From the NCBI GenBank assembly GCA_963700285.1, contig CAVOXA010000014.1, positions 768,001-832,000 on the forward strand: a stretch of DNA of 64,000 nucleotides. Reading direction: 5' to 3'. This DNA comes from an uncultured Chloroflexia bacterium (GTDB lineage Bacteria > Chloroflexota > Anaerolineae > JAAYZQ01). Numbering within the stretch: position 1 is the stretch's first letter; every line of letters begins with the position of its first letter. Position numbers and translations under genes: made by a program. Of this stretch, positions 10,232 through 19,898 are shown piece by piece. The notes below the pieces were generated by a model. The model saw only the letters and a list, made by a program, of their open reading frames with translations, was not told the DNA's origin and searched no databases.

Positions 10232-10879
10232 CTAGTCGAGCAGGAAAGGCTTCATGGGCGCCCACTCGTCCTTCCAGACAACGGGTACAAGCTGCTGTAT
10301 GACCTCGGGCGGCATGACCGCCATAAAGTAGGCGCGGTCGTCTCCCTCGAGATTGTACAGCACAAAGGGCACTGCCAGCGGCGCAGGTTGTGAGTGCACT
10401 GCACTGTGGGCTGCCGCCTTTTGGGCCATGTCGATGGTCTCGGGCACGGTCATGATCTCCGCCGCAACCTCAGGGCTGATGATGGTCTCTTCCACCTGGG
10501 TGTGGGGGTGCCAAAGGTCGGACAGTTTGGTCAAAGCATGGTCCAGGTCTGCCAAGGAACCAGCCTCGCGGGAGGCTGCTATCTCGGCCAGGTAACCGAG
10601 CATCAGTTGATGCTGGGCCATCAGGCTGTCAAAGTCAGCATTGGGCAGGCGATCCCGAAGATAGGGAAAAAAGAGATCGTCCTCGGTCATATGATGGCCG
10701 TGGGTGATGGCCTCGAGGCCCTGGCAGTACTTCCAAAAGCCATCGCGGGTGGTATCGTCGGGGAACCCGCTGGCAGCAAAGGCCCGGCAGTTCTCCTGCG
10801 CCACGGTCAGGCCGCGGGTGACGACACGATGGATGCGTCGCAGATCAATGCCAATGTTGGGCTTGGGTTTTTCGGACAT
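10232..10879 (-). CDS. Hemerythrin-domain protein
   Basis: 'IH','HH.TED..FFP','QH','H.QVEE' hemerythrin-like pattern. Confidence 0.75.
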   Translation of the reverse strand: MSEKPKPNIGIDLRRIHRVVTRGLTVAQENCRAFAASGFPDDTTRDGFWKYCQGLEAITHGHHMTEDDLFFPYLRDRLPNADFDSLMAQHQLMLGYLAEIAASREAGSLADLDHALTKLSDLWHPHTQVEETIISPEVAAEIMTVPETIDMAQKAAAHSAVHSQPAPLAVPFVLYNLEGDDRAYFMAVMPPEVIQQLVPVVWKDEWAPMKPFLLD

Positions 10880-10971
10880 GATTGACTCTTCTCGTTGCTG
10901 TTTATTGGATGCAATTGGCCAAAGACTGGTAGAACAGCGGGCGGGCGGCGCTGCTAGCACCTTATTATCTA

Positions 10972-11000
10972 ATTATAGCATTACAATCATAGCAAGTCAA
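10972..11000 (-). promoter_or_regulatory. sigma70-type promoter upstream of hemerythrin gene
   Basis: Minus strand TTGACT-N17-TATAAT in an AT-rich patch. Confidence 0.75.
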
Positions 11001-11012
11001 GTGTCCCTTCAC

Positions 11013-11921
11013 TCATGGCTGGAACTTCTCGAGGGTCTTGATCGCACTTTCTACGGAGCGGAGGTCTCTGGGATCTAGTTCTGGGCTGGCAGCCCACCGT
11101 TGGTACCTGGGCAGCAAGGGATAGAACTCGGGCAGCAGTTTCTTGGCCATGCTGCGGACCGCGTCACACAGCACCCAGGTGACAGCCGGGTCGTCGGGAG
11201 GGACATGACCGGCCAGGAATTGCCGCGTGGAAACAAGTTCCCCCCGCGCGGCGAGGCGGATGGCGAAACTGACAGCCCGCTTGACCTCCATCTCCTGGTC
11301 CAGCAGTAGGCGTCCGGCCAGCTCCAGGCAGCGGCCGGTATAGGCCGGGTGCTTCATGGGCAAGCGAGCCGCGACGGTAATGCCAGCCCGGCGCACCCAC
11401 TTGTTCTCGTCGACGAGCCAGGGATCGATAGCTCCGAGCCAGCCATCCGGATCCTTGCGAACGATGGGCTCCAGGCCGTTCATGGCCAGTTGATCCGCGT
11501 CTTCCCAGGTCAAACAGGTACGACACAACTCCATCAATTCCGGAATGACCGTGTCAGGCGCGGCCAATTCCATCATGCCCAGGGGATGGACGGCTACGAC
11601 GCGGCCTTCGCGGCCGTAGCTGTCCCACAAGAGGCAGGTCAGGGGCATCAGTTCGTCCACGCCCTTGCGCGCAGGCCCTTTGGCGTGGCTCAGTGCATGC
11701 TTGCCGATGGCCAGGCCGACAGCCTTGAGGACCGGAACCGGGATGCCGACCGTCTCCTGTTGGGCGCGTTGTTCGGCCTTGATGACCTCAATGCTCTTGG
11801 GCTCAAATTGCAGCCAGAGCTCGCGCAGGCGACTAGCAGTAAGGTCTGGCTCTGCTGGATCATAGCCTTCCAGAATATCGCCAACTTGCAGCGCTATCTC
11901 GCCTCTCGTCTGGCGGTCCAT
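11013..11921 (-). CDS. AlkD-like HEAT-repeat (DNA alkylation repair family) protein
   Basis: 'GIPVPVLK','TWEDAD.LA','W..DENKWVRRA','VKRAVSFAIR'. Confidence 0.7.
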   Translation of the reverse strand: MDRQTRGEIALQVGDILEGYDPAEPDLTASRLRELWLQFEPKSIEVIKAEQRAQQETVGIPVPVLKAVGLAIGKHALSHAKGPARKGVDELMPLTCLLWDSYGREGRVVAVHPLGMMELAAPDTVIPELMELCRTCLTWEDADQLAMNGLEPIVRKDPDGWLGAIDPWLVDENKWVRRAGITVAARLPMKHPAYTGRCLELAGRLLLDQEMEVKRAVSFAIRLAARGELVSTRQFLAGHVPPDDPAVTWVLCDAVRSMAKKLLPEFYPLLPRYQRWAASPELDPRDLRSVESAIKTLEKFQP

Positions 11922-12002
11922 CCGAACCCTCCCTCTTGTACTCCCGCGACGTGCCAGGAATCTGAGAGCGTCTGCCCCGTCCGTCCTCGGGCAGGCCTGG
12001 GG

Positions 12003-12809
12003 TCAGTCCTGCGAACCAAAGGGGTCCTGCCCTGTGGCCCGGGCGCGCTGCTCGTCCGAGAGATAGGTCAGAGCTTTGCGCAGGATCAGCGCTCGGTGGC
12101 GGCGCTGGCCAGGCACGACGTCCTGAGCCAGCCAGGTCGTGACTTGCTCCGGATAGTACCTGCCCAGCGTCTTGAGCCCCCAACCCACACCCTTGACGGC
12201 CATCATGTCCCATTCCTCAAACATGGGCTCCAGTAGATCCAGCAACGCTCGGGCCTCAGGCGCCTTCTCAGAGGCTCCCAGGGATCGCTTGGCCCAGAAA
12301 TGCACGGCAACGCCCACTGCCCGGCGCACCCAGGGATTGGCGTCCTGGCGCCAGGGCGCAAGCTGCTCCAGGGCTGCTTGGAAGTGGGCCACCAGTGCCT
12401 CACCCGCCACGCCCTCACCGAGAATGTCGGCGGCATACCAGACATCGGCGGCGATGATGGCGCGGCGGCAACGAGAGAAGGCGCCTGGAAGATCGCGTTC
12501 CAACTGTCCCTTCAGGGCGCTGGCGATGATGACCCAGCCACCTTCGGTCCTGTCTACCACGATGCGCACGAGAAAGAGGTCCACTGCCAGGATCGGGCCA
12601 GCGCCAATGGGCTCGCCGATGCGCCGGAGCATGACAAAGGGAGTACGCTCGGCCAGGACTGGGGACAGGAGCTGGTAAGCCTGTTCACTCTGGCCGGCCT
12701 CAACAAGGGCTGAGACACGCTCGCCCAATTCCCTAGCCTCCCGAGATTTCAGGGCCGACCCCTTTCTATAGTTGAGGGCCTTGACGCGGTCCCCTGCTCC
12801 ATTCTTCAT
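12003..12809 (-). CDS. AlkD-like HEAT-repeat (DNA alkylation repair family) protein
   Basis: 'WYAADILG','D.NPWVRRA','VKGVGWGLKTLG'. Confidence 0.75.
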   Translation of the reverse strand: MKNGAGDRVKALNYRKGSALKSREARELGERVSALVEAGQSEQAYQLLSPVLAERTPFVMLRRIGEPIGAGPILAVDLFLVRIVVDRTEGGWVIIASALKGQLERDLPGAFSRCRRAIIAADVWYAADILGEGVAGEALVAHFQAALEQLAPWRQDANPWVRRAVGVAVHFWAKRSLGASEKAPEARALLDLLEPMFEEWDMMAVKGVGWGLKTLGRYYPEQVTTWLAQDVVPGQRRHRALILRKALTYLSDEQRARATGQDPFGSQD

Positions 12810-12950
12810 TTTACCGGGACAGTTTTCTCCGTCAAGGTTCCTTCAAGATTCAGAGCTACAGCGAGCCGGTTGAGCCAGGCCTGGTTCAGGGCCATAGAGC
12901 AGAGTAGGCAACAACAACGAGGCCAGCTTGGTTAGGCCAAACACCTGTCC

Positions 12951-14579
12951 CTAGAGCCAGGGCTCGTCCAACGAATCAGAATCGTGTAGACTGGCAAACT
13001 CGTTGGCCGTCGCATCCTCACGAAAGTGTGCGCCCCGGGACTGGCGGTTGTGCCAGGCGGCGCGAGTGACAACCCAGGCCGTCTGGGCAATATTGCGCAG
13101 GCCGATCAGGTCGTCACTCAGCCGGGACGCTCGATAGAAATGGTCTATCTCCTCCCAGATGTGGTTCAGGTCGCGCAGGGCGCGGCCCAGCCGGCGAGTA
13201 CTGCGCGCCAGACCCACATAGAGCCACATGATGTTCTGGATCGTGCGCCGGTCACGGTAGACCAGCACCGGATCGGCCAGGGCACTGTCGCGCACGTCCT
13301 CCCAAGCGGGTACGTCGTCCTCAGTCGCGCGATGCACAGGTTCGCTAGAAGCAATGTCCTGCCCGGCCCGGTCGCCCCACAGCAGTCCCTCCAGCAGCGA
13401 GGTGCTGGCCAGGCGATTGGCCCCATGGACGCCCGTACAACTCACTTCACCGACAGCATACAGCCCATCAATGGTTGTACGCCCCCAGCCATCTACCAGC
13501 ACACCCCCACAGGCATAGTGAGCCGCAGGCACAACGGGGATCGGCTCAGAAGTTATGTCTAATCCTACCTCAAGACAGGCCGTATAGATCGTCGGGAAGC
13601 GCTCGCGGATATGGCCGGCTCCCATATGGCTGGCGAGGTCGAGCAGCACGTGTGGATAGCCATGGGAGATCATCTCGTGATGGATGGATCGGGCCACAAT
13701 GTCGCGCGGAGCGAGGTCTCCCCAGCGCGGTGCATAGCGGTCCATAAAGTGCCGTCCATCTGGCGTAAAGAGCTTGGCCCCTTCGCCGCGTACGGCCTCG
13801 GAGATCAAGAAATTCTCAGCGCCGGGGACCGCCAGCGTCGTAGGGTGAAACTGGATGAACTCGGCGTTGACGACCCGGGCACCCGCGCGGTAGGCCATGG
13901 CCAACCCATCGCCCCGGGCACCCGGAGGATTGGTCGTGTGGCGGTAGATGCGGCCCAGTCCTCCTGTAGCCAGCACCGTAGCCCCGGAAAGGACACGGTG
14001 GACAACACCGGTATCCTGGTCCAGGACGTAGGCCCCGTGGCAGGTGATGGGCTGGTAGATGGCCAGTGGGTCGCGGGCGTGGTGGGAGGAAGTGATGAGA
14101 TCCACCGCCGTGCGGCCCGTACCCAGGCTGACGTTCGAGGCTTGTTGCAGCCTGGCCACCAGGGCCTCTTCGATGGCGCGGCCGGTGGCATCACCGACGT
14201 GCAGGATGCGCGGGACCGAGTGGCCCCCCTCACGAGTGAGCGAGAGCATGCCCCTGTCGTCCAGATCGAACTGGATCGCGGCCTCGTCGATGAGCAGGGT
14301 TCTGACCAGTTCAGGGCCTTCCTCCGCAATGAGGCGAACCGCTGCTGGCAAGCTGAGTCCGGCGCCAGCGTTCAGGATGTCCTGGGCCAGCAGGTCGGGA
14401 GAATCATCGGTGCCCCGGGCGACGATACCACCCTGTGCATAACGCGTATTGGATTCTTGCGCGCTAGCCGCGCGGGTGATAAGCAGGATCTGGCGCTGGC
14501 GGTCCTTGGCCAGGCGGAGGGCTGCCGCCGCCCCGGCTATGCCTGAGCCGATGACAAGTACGTCGGTTTCGATGGGCAT
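12951..14579 (-). CDS. nadB: L-aspartate oxidase
   Basis: GSGIAG, AQGGI, EGGHS..RILH, FIQFHPT, LISEAVRGEG, HGANRLASTSLLE. Confidence 0.97.
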   Translation of the reverse strand: MPIETDVLVIGSGIAGAAAALRLAKDRQRQILLITRAASAQESNTRYAQGGIVARGTDDSPDLLAQDILNAGAGLSLPAAVRLIAEEGPELVRTLLIDEAAIQFDLDDRGMLSLTREGGHSVPRILHVGDATGRAIEEALVARLQQASNVSLGTGRTAVDLITSSHHARDPLAIYQPITCHGAYVLDQDTGVVHRVLSGATVLATGGLGRIYRHTTNPPGARGDGLAMAYRAGARVVNAEFIQFHPTTLAVPGAENFLISEAVRGEGAKLFTPDGRHFMDRYAPRWGDLAPRDIVARSIHHEMISHGYPHVLLDLASHMGAGHIRERFPTIYTACLEVGLDITSEPIPVVPAAHYACGGVLVDGWGRTTIDGLYAVGEVSCTGVHGANRLASTSLLEGLLWGDRAGQDIASSEPVHRATEDDVPAWEDVRDSALADPVLVYRDRRTIQNIMWLYVGLARSTRRLGRALRDLNHIWEEIDHFYRASRLSDDLIGLRNIAQTAWVVTRAAWHNRQSRGAHFREDATANEFASLHDSDSLDEPWL

Positions 14580-14601
14580 TGTACGCTTCTTTCAGGTGTT
14601 A

Positions 14602-14643
14602 TACGTGCTGCGTGTTTCGTGTTGCGTGTGTCGTGTTGCGTCA
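14602..14643 (+). repeat. Heptamer tandem repeat (TnCGTGT)x6
   Basis: tacgtgc tgcgtgt ttcgtgt tgcgtgt gtcgtgt tgcgtca. Confidence 0.85.
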
Positions 14644-14774
14644 CCACGGCGCCGGGCCGGGTGCAGGTCATTGCGTTCCCCCCGCTCGCAACCGGTCCGT
14701 GACAGATTGCATGGACCTGAAACAGCCGGAAGCCAAGTTCTGCTGTGTGAAAGGTCGCCAGGCCGGAAACTCGA

Positions 14775-16685
14775 TCAGACAGCAAGCATGTTTTCCAGGG
14801 CAATGCGCGCCCAGCGTGCGGTCTCGGTGTCGACGGTCACCTCATGGGTCACCTCGCCATCCACCAGTGCCCCCAACAGTTGCGCCAGGTTCTGGGGTGT
14901 AATCTGGCTCATGGTGCGGCAGAAAGGCGCAGTCTCGGCCAGAGAGATGATCTGCTGGTCGGGGTGCTCCTGCTGCAGCCTGTAGACCAGGCGCGATTCC
15001 GTACCGATGGCCCACCGGGTTCCCGCTGGGGCCGCTGCAACCTGGTCGATGATGTAGGCCGTGGACCCTACCCGGTCGGCCAGATCAACGACCTCCATCC
15101 TGCATTCGGGGTGGACAGCGACCAGGATGCTGGGATAGCGCTGGCGCAAAGCGAGCACATGCTCGGCACGAAAGCGAGCGTGGACATTGCAGGCGCCCGG
15201 CCAGAGGACTACCCGGGCTCCGCGCAGGGCGTCAGCATCGGGTGGCAGATAGGAGTCCCAGACCAGTAGTTCGTCCAAGGGGATGCCCATGCTTCTAGCT
15301 GTGTTCCGTCCCAGATGCTGATCGGGAAAGAAAAAGACACGGGGTCGTTGCGCCAGCGCCCAGCGAAGAACCCTTTCCGCGTTGCCCGAGGTGCAGACGA
15401 TGCCGCCATGCTGGCCGCAGAATGCCTTCAACTCAGCAGAAGAGTTTACGTAGGTGACAGGCGTGAACTCGGCTTCGGCGTCTCCAAAGATAGCATCGAG
15501 CTGGCTCCAGGCCGTCTCGACCGCCGCTGGTGTGGCGGTATCGGCCAGGTAGCAGCCGGCCGTGGGCTCAGGGATCAGAACGCGCTGACCAGGCTTGGCC
15601 AGGATCGCGGCGGTTTCGGCCATGAAATGGACACCGCAGAAGACAATGAACTCGGCATCAGCCTGCGCGGCATCGCGGGAGAGCTTGAGGGAGTCGCCCC
15701 GCAGATCAGCAAAGGCAATCACTTCATCACGCTGGTAGTGATGTCCCAGAATCGCCAGGCGGTCCCCCAGCTTTGACTTGTACTCGGCCAAAAGTACGGC
15801 CGGATCGGCTACTACCGGTTGCTGCTTAGGGGTAGAAACCTTCATACTGATGTCGAGGGCCTGCACCGAATGGGTCAGCGCCCCGACCGAGATATAAGCA
15901 ACGCCCGTGGACGCGATCTCAGCAGCCCGCTCTTCTAGGACCCCGCCAGAAGCTTCCAGGGGTACCCGCGCGCCAGCCATGGCCACGGCCTGGCGCATTT
16001 CTGCCAGCGTCATGTTGTCCAGCATGATCCGGTCGATGGCCGGCTGGATGGCCAGGGCTTCCTCCAGTTCAGTCAGATTCCTGACCTCGACCTCGATGGG
16101 CAGCTTGGGATAACCCGCTCGGGCGCGCTCGACGGCCAGCCGGATGCTGCCTGCTGCATCGACATGGTTGTCCTTGATCAGGATCATGTCATAGAGCGAC
16201 GTGCGATGATTGGCGCCGCCCCCCATGCGGACACTATACTTGTCCAGTAAGCGGTAGCCTGGCAGGGTCTTGCGGGTATCCAAAATGATGGCACCGGTAC
16301 AGGCGACTGCATCCACAAAGCGCCGGGTAAGGGTGGCGATACCCGACATCCGCTGCAAAAAGTTCAGGGCGGTGCGCTCCGCCGCCAAGAGCCCGCGACC
16401 AAGCCCATGAACCTCGGCTACCAGCTCCCCGGCCACGAGCTCCTGCCCGTCGGCCACGTGGGCGACAAACTCGATGCCAGGGTCGAGGCGCCGGTACACC
16501 GCTTCGGCCACCGGCAGGCCGGCAAGGATGCCGGCGGACTTGGCGACAATGCGACCGTGCAAGATGGCATCGGGCAGCAAGGTCGATTCACTGGTTGCGT
16601 CACCCGGGCCAATGTCCTCGGCCACGGCCAGATCTATCAGCGGCTTGGCTGCACGTACGAGCGTATCTACGTCTGTTTGAGTCAA
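14775..16685 (-). CDS. nadC-nadA: Fused quinolinate phosphoribosyltransferase (NadC) - quinolinate synthase (NadA)
   Basis: N-half ERTALNFLQRMSGIAT, DTRKT, IKDNH, EASGG; C-half LGHHYQ, GDSL, FCGVHFMAE, three Fe-S Cys (GCYLA, ACNVH, FCRTM); TTG start 9 nt after AGGAGG. Confidence 0.93.
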   Translation of the reverse strand: MTQTDVDTLVRAAKPLIDLAVAEDIGPGDATSESTLLPDAILHGRIVAKSAGILAGLPVAEAVYRRLDPGIEFVAHVADGQELVAGELVAEVHGLGRGLLAAERTALNFLQRMSGIATLTRRFVDAVACTGAIILDTRKTLPGYRLLDKYSVRMGGGANHRTSLYDMILIKDNHVDAAGSIRLAVERARAGYPKLPIEVEVRNLTELEEALAIQPAIDRIMLDNMTLAEMRQAVAMAGARVPLEASGGVLEERAAEIASTGVAYISVGALTHSVQALDISMKVSTPKQQPVVADPAVLLAEYKSKLGDRLAILGHHYQRDEVIAFADLRGDSLKLSRDAAQADAEFIVFCGVHFMAETAAILAKPGQRVLIPEPTAGCYLADTATPAAVETAWSQLDAIFGDAEAEFTPVTYVNSSAELKAFCGQHGGIVCTSGNAERVLRWALAQRPRVFFFPDQHLGRNTARSMGIPLDELLVWDSYLPPDADALRGARVVLWPGACNVHARFRAEHVLALRQRYPSILVAVHPECRMEVVDLADRVGSTAYIIDQVAAAPAGTRWAIGTESRLVYRLQQEHPDQQIISLAETAPFCRTMSQITPQNLAQLLGALVDGEVTHEVTVDTETARWARIALENMLAV

Positions 16686-17044
16686 TGGTTCATCCCTCCT
16701 CTGGGCAAGAACAGGTGGGCACGACGATCTACAGGCCAGCATCATCAAGAGATCAAGCCCTCCCGGGTGGCGGCTGGTCGCTCCGCACCGGCACCAACCC
16801 TCAACAAGTTCAATAGACAGCAACCAGGGTACGTTCTGCGTGCCCTTCGACTGCCAAGTATACCACCAAGGTTGGGCAGACACCAAGTTGGGTTGCCCAA
16901 TGGACTTGAGCCGAGATGAAAGATGGTCCCCTCCCCCTCGAGCCAGGGGAAGGGGACAGGGGGTGGGTGTCGTAGCCAGGCGGGGACATCCGTGAAACAG
17001 ATGAGGACTGTGGGCCTAACTCCTTTTGATGATCACGCGATGAA

Positions 17045-17728
17045 CTACGCGAGGCTCTCAAAGCCAGCCTGGCCTGAATTTAGTTCCTCCATCTCTCCAG
17101 TGACACAAAAGACCACACGCTCACACACATTGATGACGCGATCAGCTGTGCGCTCGAGGTTGTGAGCAGCCCAAAGGAGGTAGTTGGATTGTTCAATTGT
17201 GCTGGCATCCTGCAAGATGTAGGACAGCAGTTCGTGAAAAACTTGGTTGTAGAGATCGTCCACTTCATCATCCATAGCGGGGATTGCACGGGCTCGCTCC
17301 ACGTCGCGCTGTACAAAGGCATCCAGCGCACTGCGCAGCATATAGCGCGCCTTTTCCGCCATGACGGGCAGGTCAATGAGCGGCTTGATCAGGGGCTCTT
17401 CTCCGATCATCAGATTGATGCGGGCAATCCCCTTGGCATAATCACCGATACGCTCCAGTTCACTGATGATCTCTAACATGGCGGCCAGAAAGCGCATGTC
17501 CCCTGCCATCGGCTGCTGGGTAGCGATGAGGGTCAGGATGTCAGACTCAATCGCGAAGCGCATCCTATTGATAGCACGATCGTGGTTAATGATCCGCTGC
17601 GACTCAACAAAGTCCCTCTTTTTGAGGGTTTCCACTGATTGAATTAGAACCTCCTCGACCAAACTGCCCATGGCCAGAAGCTCGTCTTGCAAGCGCTGTA
17701 ATTCCTGATCGAATACCCGACGCACCAT
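17045..17728 (-). CDS. phoU: Phosphate signalling complex protein PhoU
   Basis: QQPMAGDMR, ELERIGDYA, DDEVD, LERTADR..N.CE. Confidence 0.96.
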   Translation of the reverse strand: MVRRVFDQELQRLQDELLAMGSLVEEVLIQSVETLKKRDFVESQRIINHDRAINRMRFAIESDILTLIATQQPMAGDMRFLAAMLEIISELERIGDYAKGIARINLMIGEEPLIKPLIDLPVMAEKARYMLRSALDAFVQRDVERARAIPAMDDEVDDLYNQVFHELLSYILQDASTIEQSNYLLWAAHNLERTADRVINVCERVVFCVTGEMEELNSGQAGFESLA

Positions 17729-17737
17729 CCAATCCTC

Positions 17738-18463
17738 CTAGAGAACTTTCGCAGACAGCTTTTGGGGAACCGTGTGGGGCCCCTGCTCTGCAGGCAGGGG
17801 CTGACTCTCCGGCATGCTTCCCAACACCGAGAAGATCACCCAGTCGCAGATGCCAACCACTCTTTCCGCCGCACGTTTGAGATTGTAGGCCGCCCGCGAT
17901 ATGTATACAGCCTGATTCACAGCCCGGGGTCGACTCTCCATGACCCCAAGCAACTCCTGGTAGACCTGTTCGTACCGAGCATCTACCTTCTGGGTGTCAG
18001 CCAGGAGGATGCGAACAGCGTGCACATCGTGCTGCGCAAAAGCCTCCAGCGCACCGCTCACCAGCGCCTGGACACCTGCGCCCAAGCGGTGAATTTGGGC
18101 TACCGGCTTGCGCAGATGGTATTGCACAGCGAGGCCATTGGCCCTGGCTACCCTTTGGCCGTGTTCTGCAATCCGCTCCAACTCCGAGGCAATCTCGATC
18201 ATGGCCACAGCACGGCGGAGTGCAACACCCAGCGGGCGCTGCTCGGCAATGAACTGAAGGCAACCCATCTCGACGGCAAGCCGCTTCTGATGGATCTGCC
18301 TCTCGGTATCGCCCAACCACTCCAAGCCATCCAGATTGCAACACTGGAGTTGGTCCACGGACATGAGCAACAGGCTCTCAACCAGGCTGCCTAAGGCCAG
18401 TACCTCGTCCTGAAGATGCTGCAGATCCGAACCCAATTCTTGTAAGGACACAGTTGACCTCAT
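17738..18463 (-). CDS. Second, divergent PhoU-domain protein
   Basis: ELERIAEH, LKRAAER..GICDWV; several acidic motif residues replaced. Confidence 0.8.
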   Translation of the reverse strand: MRSTVSLQELGSDLQHLQDEVLALGSLVESLLLMSVDQLQCCNLDGLEWLGDTERQIHQKRLAVEMGCLQFIAEQRPLGVALRRAVAMIEIASELERIAEHGQRVARANGLAVQYHLRKPVAQIHRLGAGVQALVSGALEAFAQHDVHAVRILLADTQKVDARYEQVYQELLGVMESRPRAVNQAVYISRAAYNLKRAAERVVGICDWVIFSVLGSMPESQPLPAEQGPHTVPQKLSAKVL

Positions 18464-18544
18464 CCGAAAGCTGCAGCATAGTCTCCGAGCCTCTCCTCAC
18501 CCCGTTCCCTTCCCCCACCAGTACTGGAGGAAGGGAATCGAGGA

Positions 18545-18964
18545 TCACAAAAGAGGAGGAAGGATGACGGATAACTGGCTGCGGACTTCATCGCGCACTC
18601 GCCGGAAAAGCGACAGGCGCTCAGACTCACTGCCTGTCGCTTTGGCCGGATCATCAAAGCCTATGTGCAGCCTGTGCCCGCGCCCCAGCCAGACCGGACA
18701 GTTCTCAGCCGCGTCGTCGCAGACGGTCACCACCAGATCCAGATCCCTGTCTCGGAACTCCTCCGCGGATTTGGATCTTTGGCCCGAGATATCTATATCT
18801 AGCTCGGCCATGACTCGGACCGCGAGAGGGTGTACGTAGCCGGCTGGGTCGGTACCAGCGGAATAGGCCAACCATTCCTGAGCAAAGTCATGATTGACCA
18901 GGCCTTCCGCCATCTGGCTGCGGCACGAGTTGCCAGTGCAGAGGAAAAGGACTTGCTTCTTCAT
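18545..18964 (-). CDS. arsC: Arsenate reductase, LMW-PTP (thioredoxin) type
   Basis: CTGNSCRSQMAEG, TVCD..ENCP, FDDP. Confidence 0.9.
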   Translation of the reverse strand: MKKQVLFLCTGNSCRSQMAEGLVNHDFAQEWLAYSAGTDPAGYVHPLAVRVMAELDIDISGQRSKSAEEFRDRDLDLVVTVCDDAAENCPVWLGRGHRLHIGFDDPAKATGSESERLSLFRRVRDEVRSQLSVILPPLL

Positions 18965-19082
18965 GCCCTGCTCATCCCCTCTGAGCCTGTCCCCTTCGAT
19001 TTGCAACGAATGACGCAAGATGAAAAACGAGCGAGCCATGAACAGGGCGTTGCGTGATGCAAGAGCGGTCGTCTATTTCGCA

Positions 19083-19898
19083 TCAGCCAAAGCGTCCTGT
19101 GATATAGTCTTCCGTCCGCTGATCCTTGGGGTTGGTAAACAGCGACTTGGTTGGGCCGTATTCCACGAGGTAGCCAGCGCGGTCGTCATCCATATTGAAA
19201 AATGCGGTATAGTCTGACACACGCGCGGCCTGCTGCATGTTGTGGGTAACGACGATGATGGTATAGTTCTTGGCCAGTTCGCGCATCAGATCCTCAATTT
19301 TTAGGGTCGCAATGGGATCCAGGGCCGAGGCCGGCTCATCCATCAGAATGATCTCTGGGCGCACAGCGATGGTCCGGGCAATGCACAGGCGCTGTTGCTG
19401 CCCGCCAGACAGCGAATATCCGCTCTCATCAAGTTTGTCCTTCACCTCATCCCAGAGTGCCGCCTGTCGCAAGGATTTCTCGACAAGTTCGGCCATATTA
19501 CCCTTGAAGCCATTGATCTTTGCCCCCCAGGACACGTTTTCGCTGATGGTCTTGGGAAAAGGGTTGGGTTTCTGAAACACCATGCCCACGTGGCGCCGGA
19601 CTTCTACAGCATCTATGCCATCGGCATAGATGTTCTGCCCGTGAAAGAGCACTTCTCCCTTGGCATGCGCTGTGGGCACCAGCTCATTCATGCGGTTGAA
19701 GGAACGCAGCATCGTACTCTTGCCGCAACCGGAAGGGCCGATGATGGCCGTGATCTTGCGCGGCTCGATCTTCAGATTGACATCCTTGATCGCCCGAAAG
19801 TCGCCATAGTAGACCTGGAGATTGCGCGCTTCAACGGCATACTTGCCGTTGGATGATAGATACGTAGGAGCAGGAGTCAGGTTGCTCATGTCAGTCAT
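19083..19898 (-). CDS. pstB: Phosphate ABC transporter ATPase
   Basis: [44 protein letters not shown]. Confidence 0.98.
   Translation of the reverse strand: MTDMSNLTPAPTYLSSNGKYAVEARNLQVYYGDFRAIKDVNLKIEPRKITAIIGPSGCGKSTMLRSFNRMNELVPTAHAKGEVLFHGQNIYADGIDAVEVRRHVGMVFQKPNPFPKTISENVSWGAKINGFKGNMAELVEKSLRQAALWDEVKDKLDESGYSLSGGQQQRLCIARTIAVRPEIILMDEPASALDPIATLKIEDLMRELAKNYTIIVVTHNMQQAARVSDYTAFFNMDDDRAGYLVEYGPTKSLFTNPKDQRTEDYITGRFG

Noticed and set aside
16926-16957. CCCCTCCCC/GGGGAAGGGG hairpin after phoU (similar one near 18505-18537) considered as ncRNA
   Set aside because: Short generic intergenic palindrome or terminator-like repeat; no further structure
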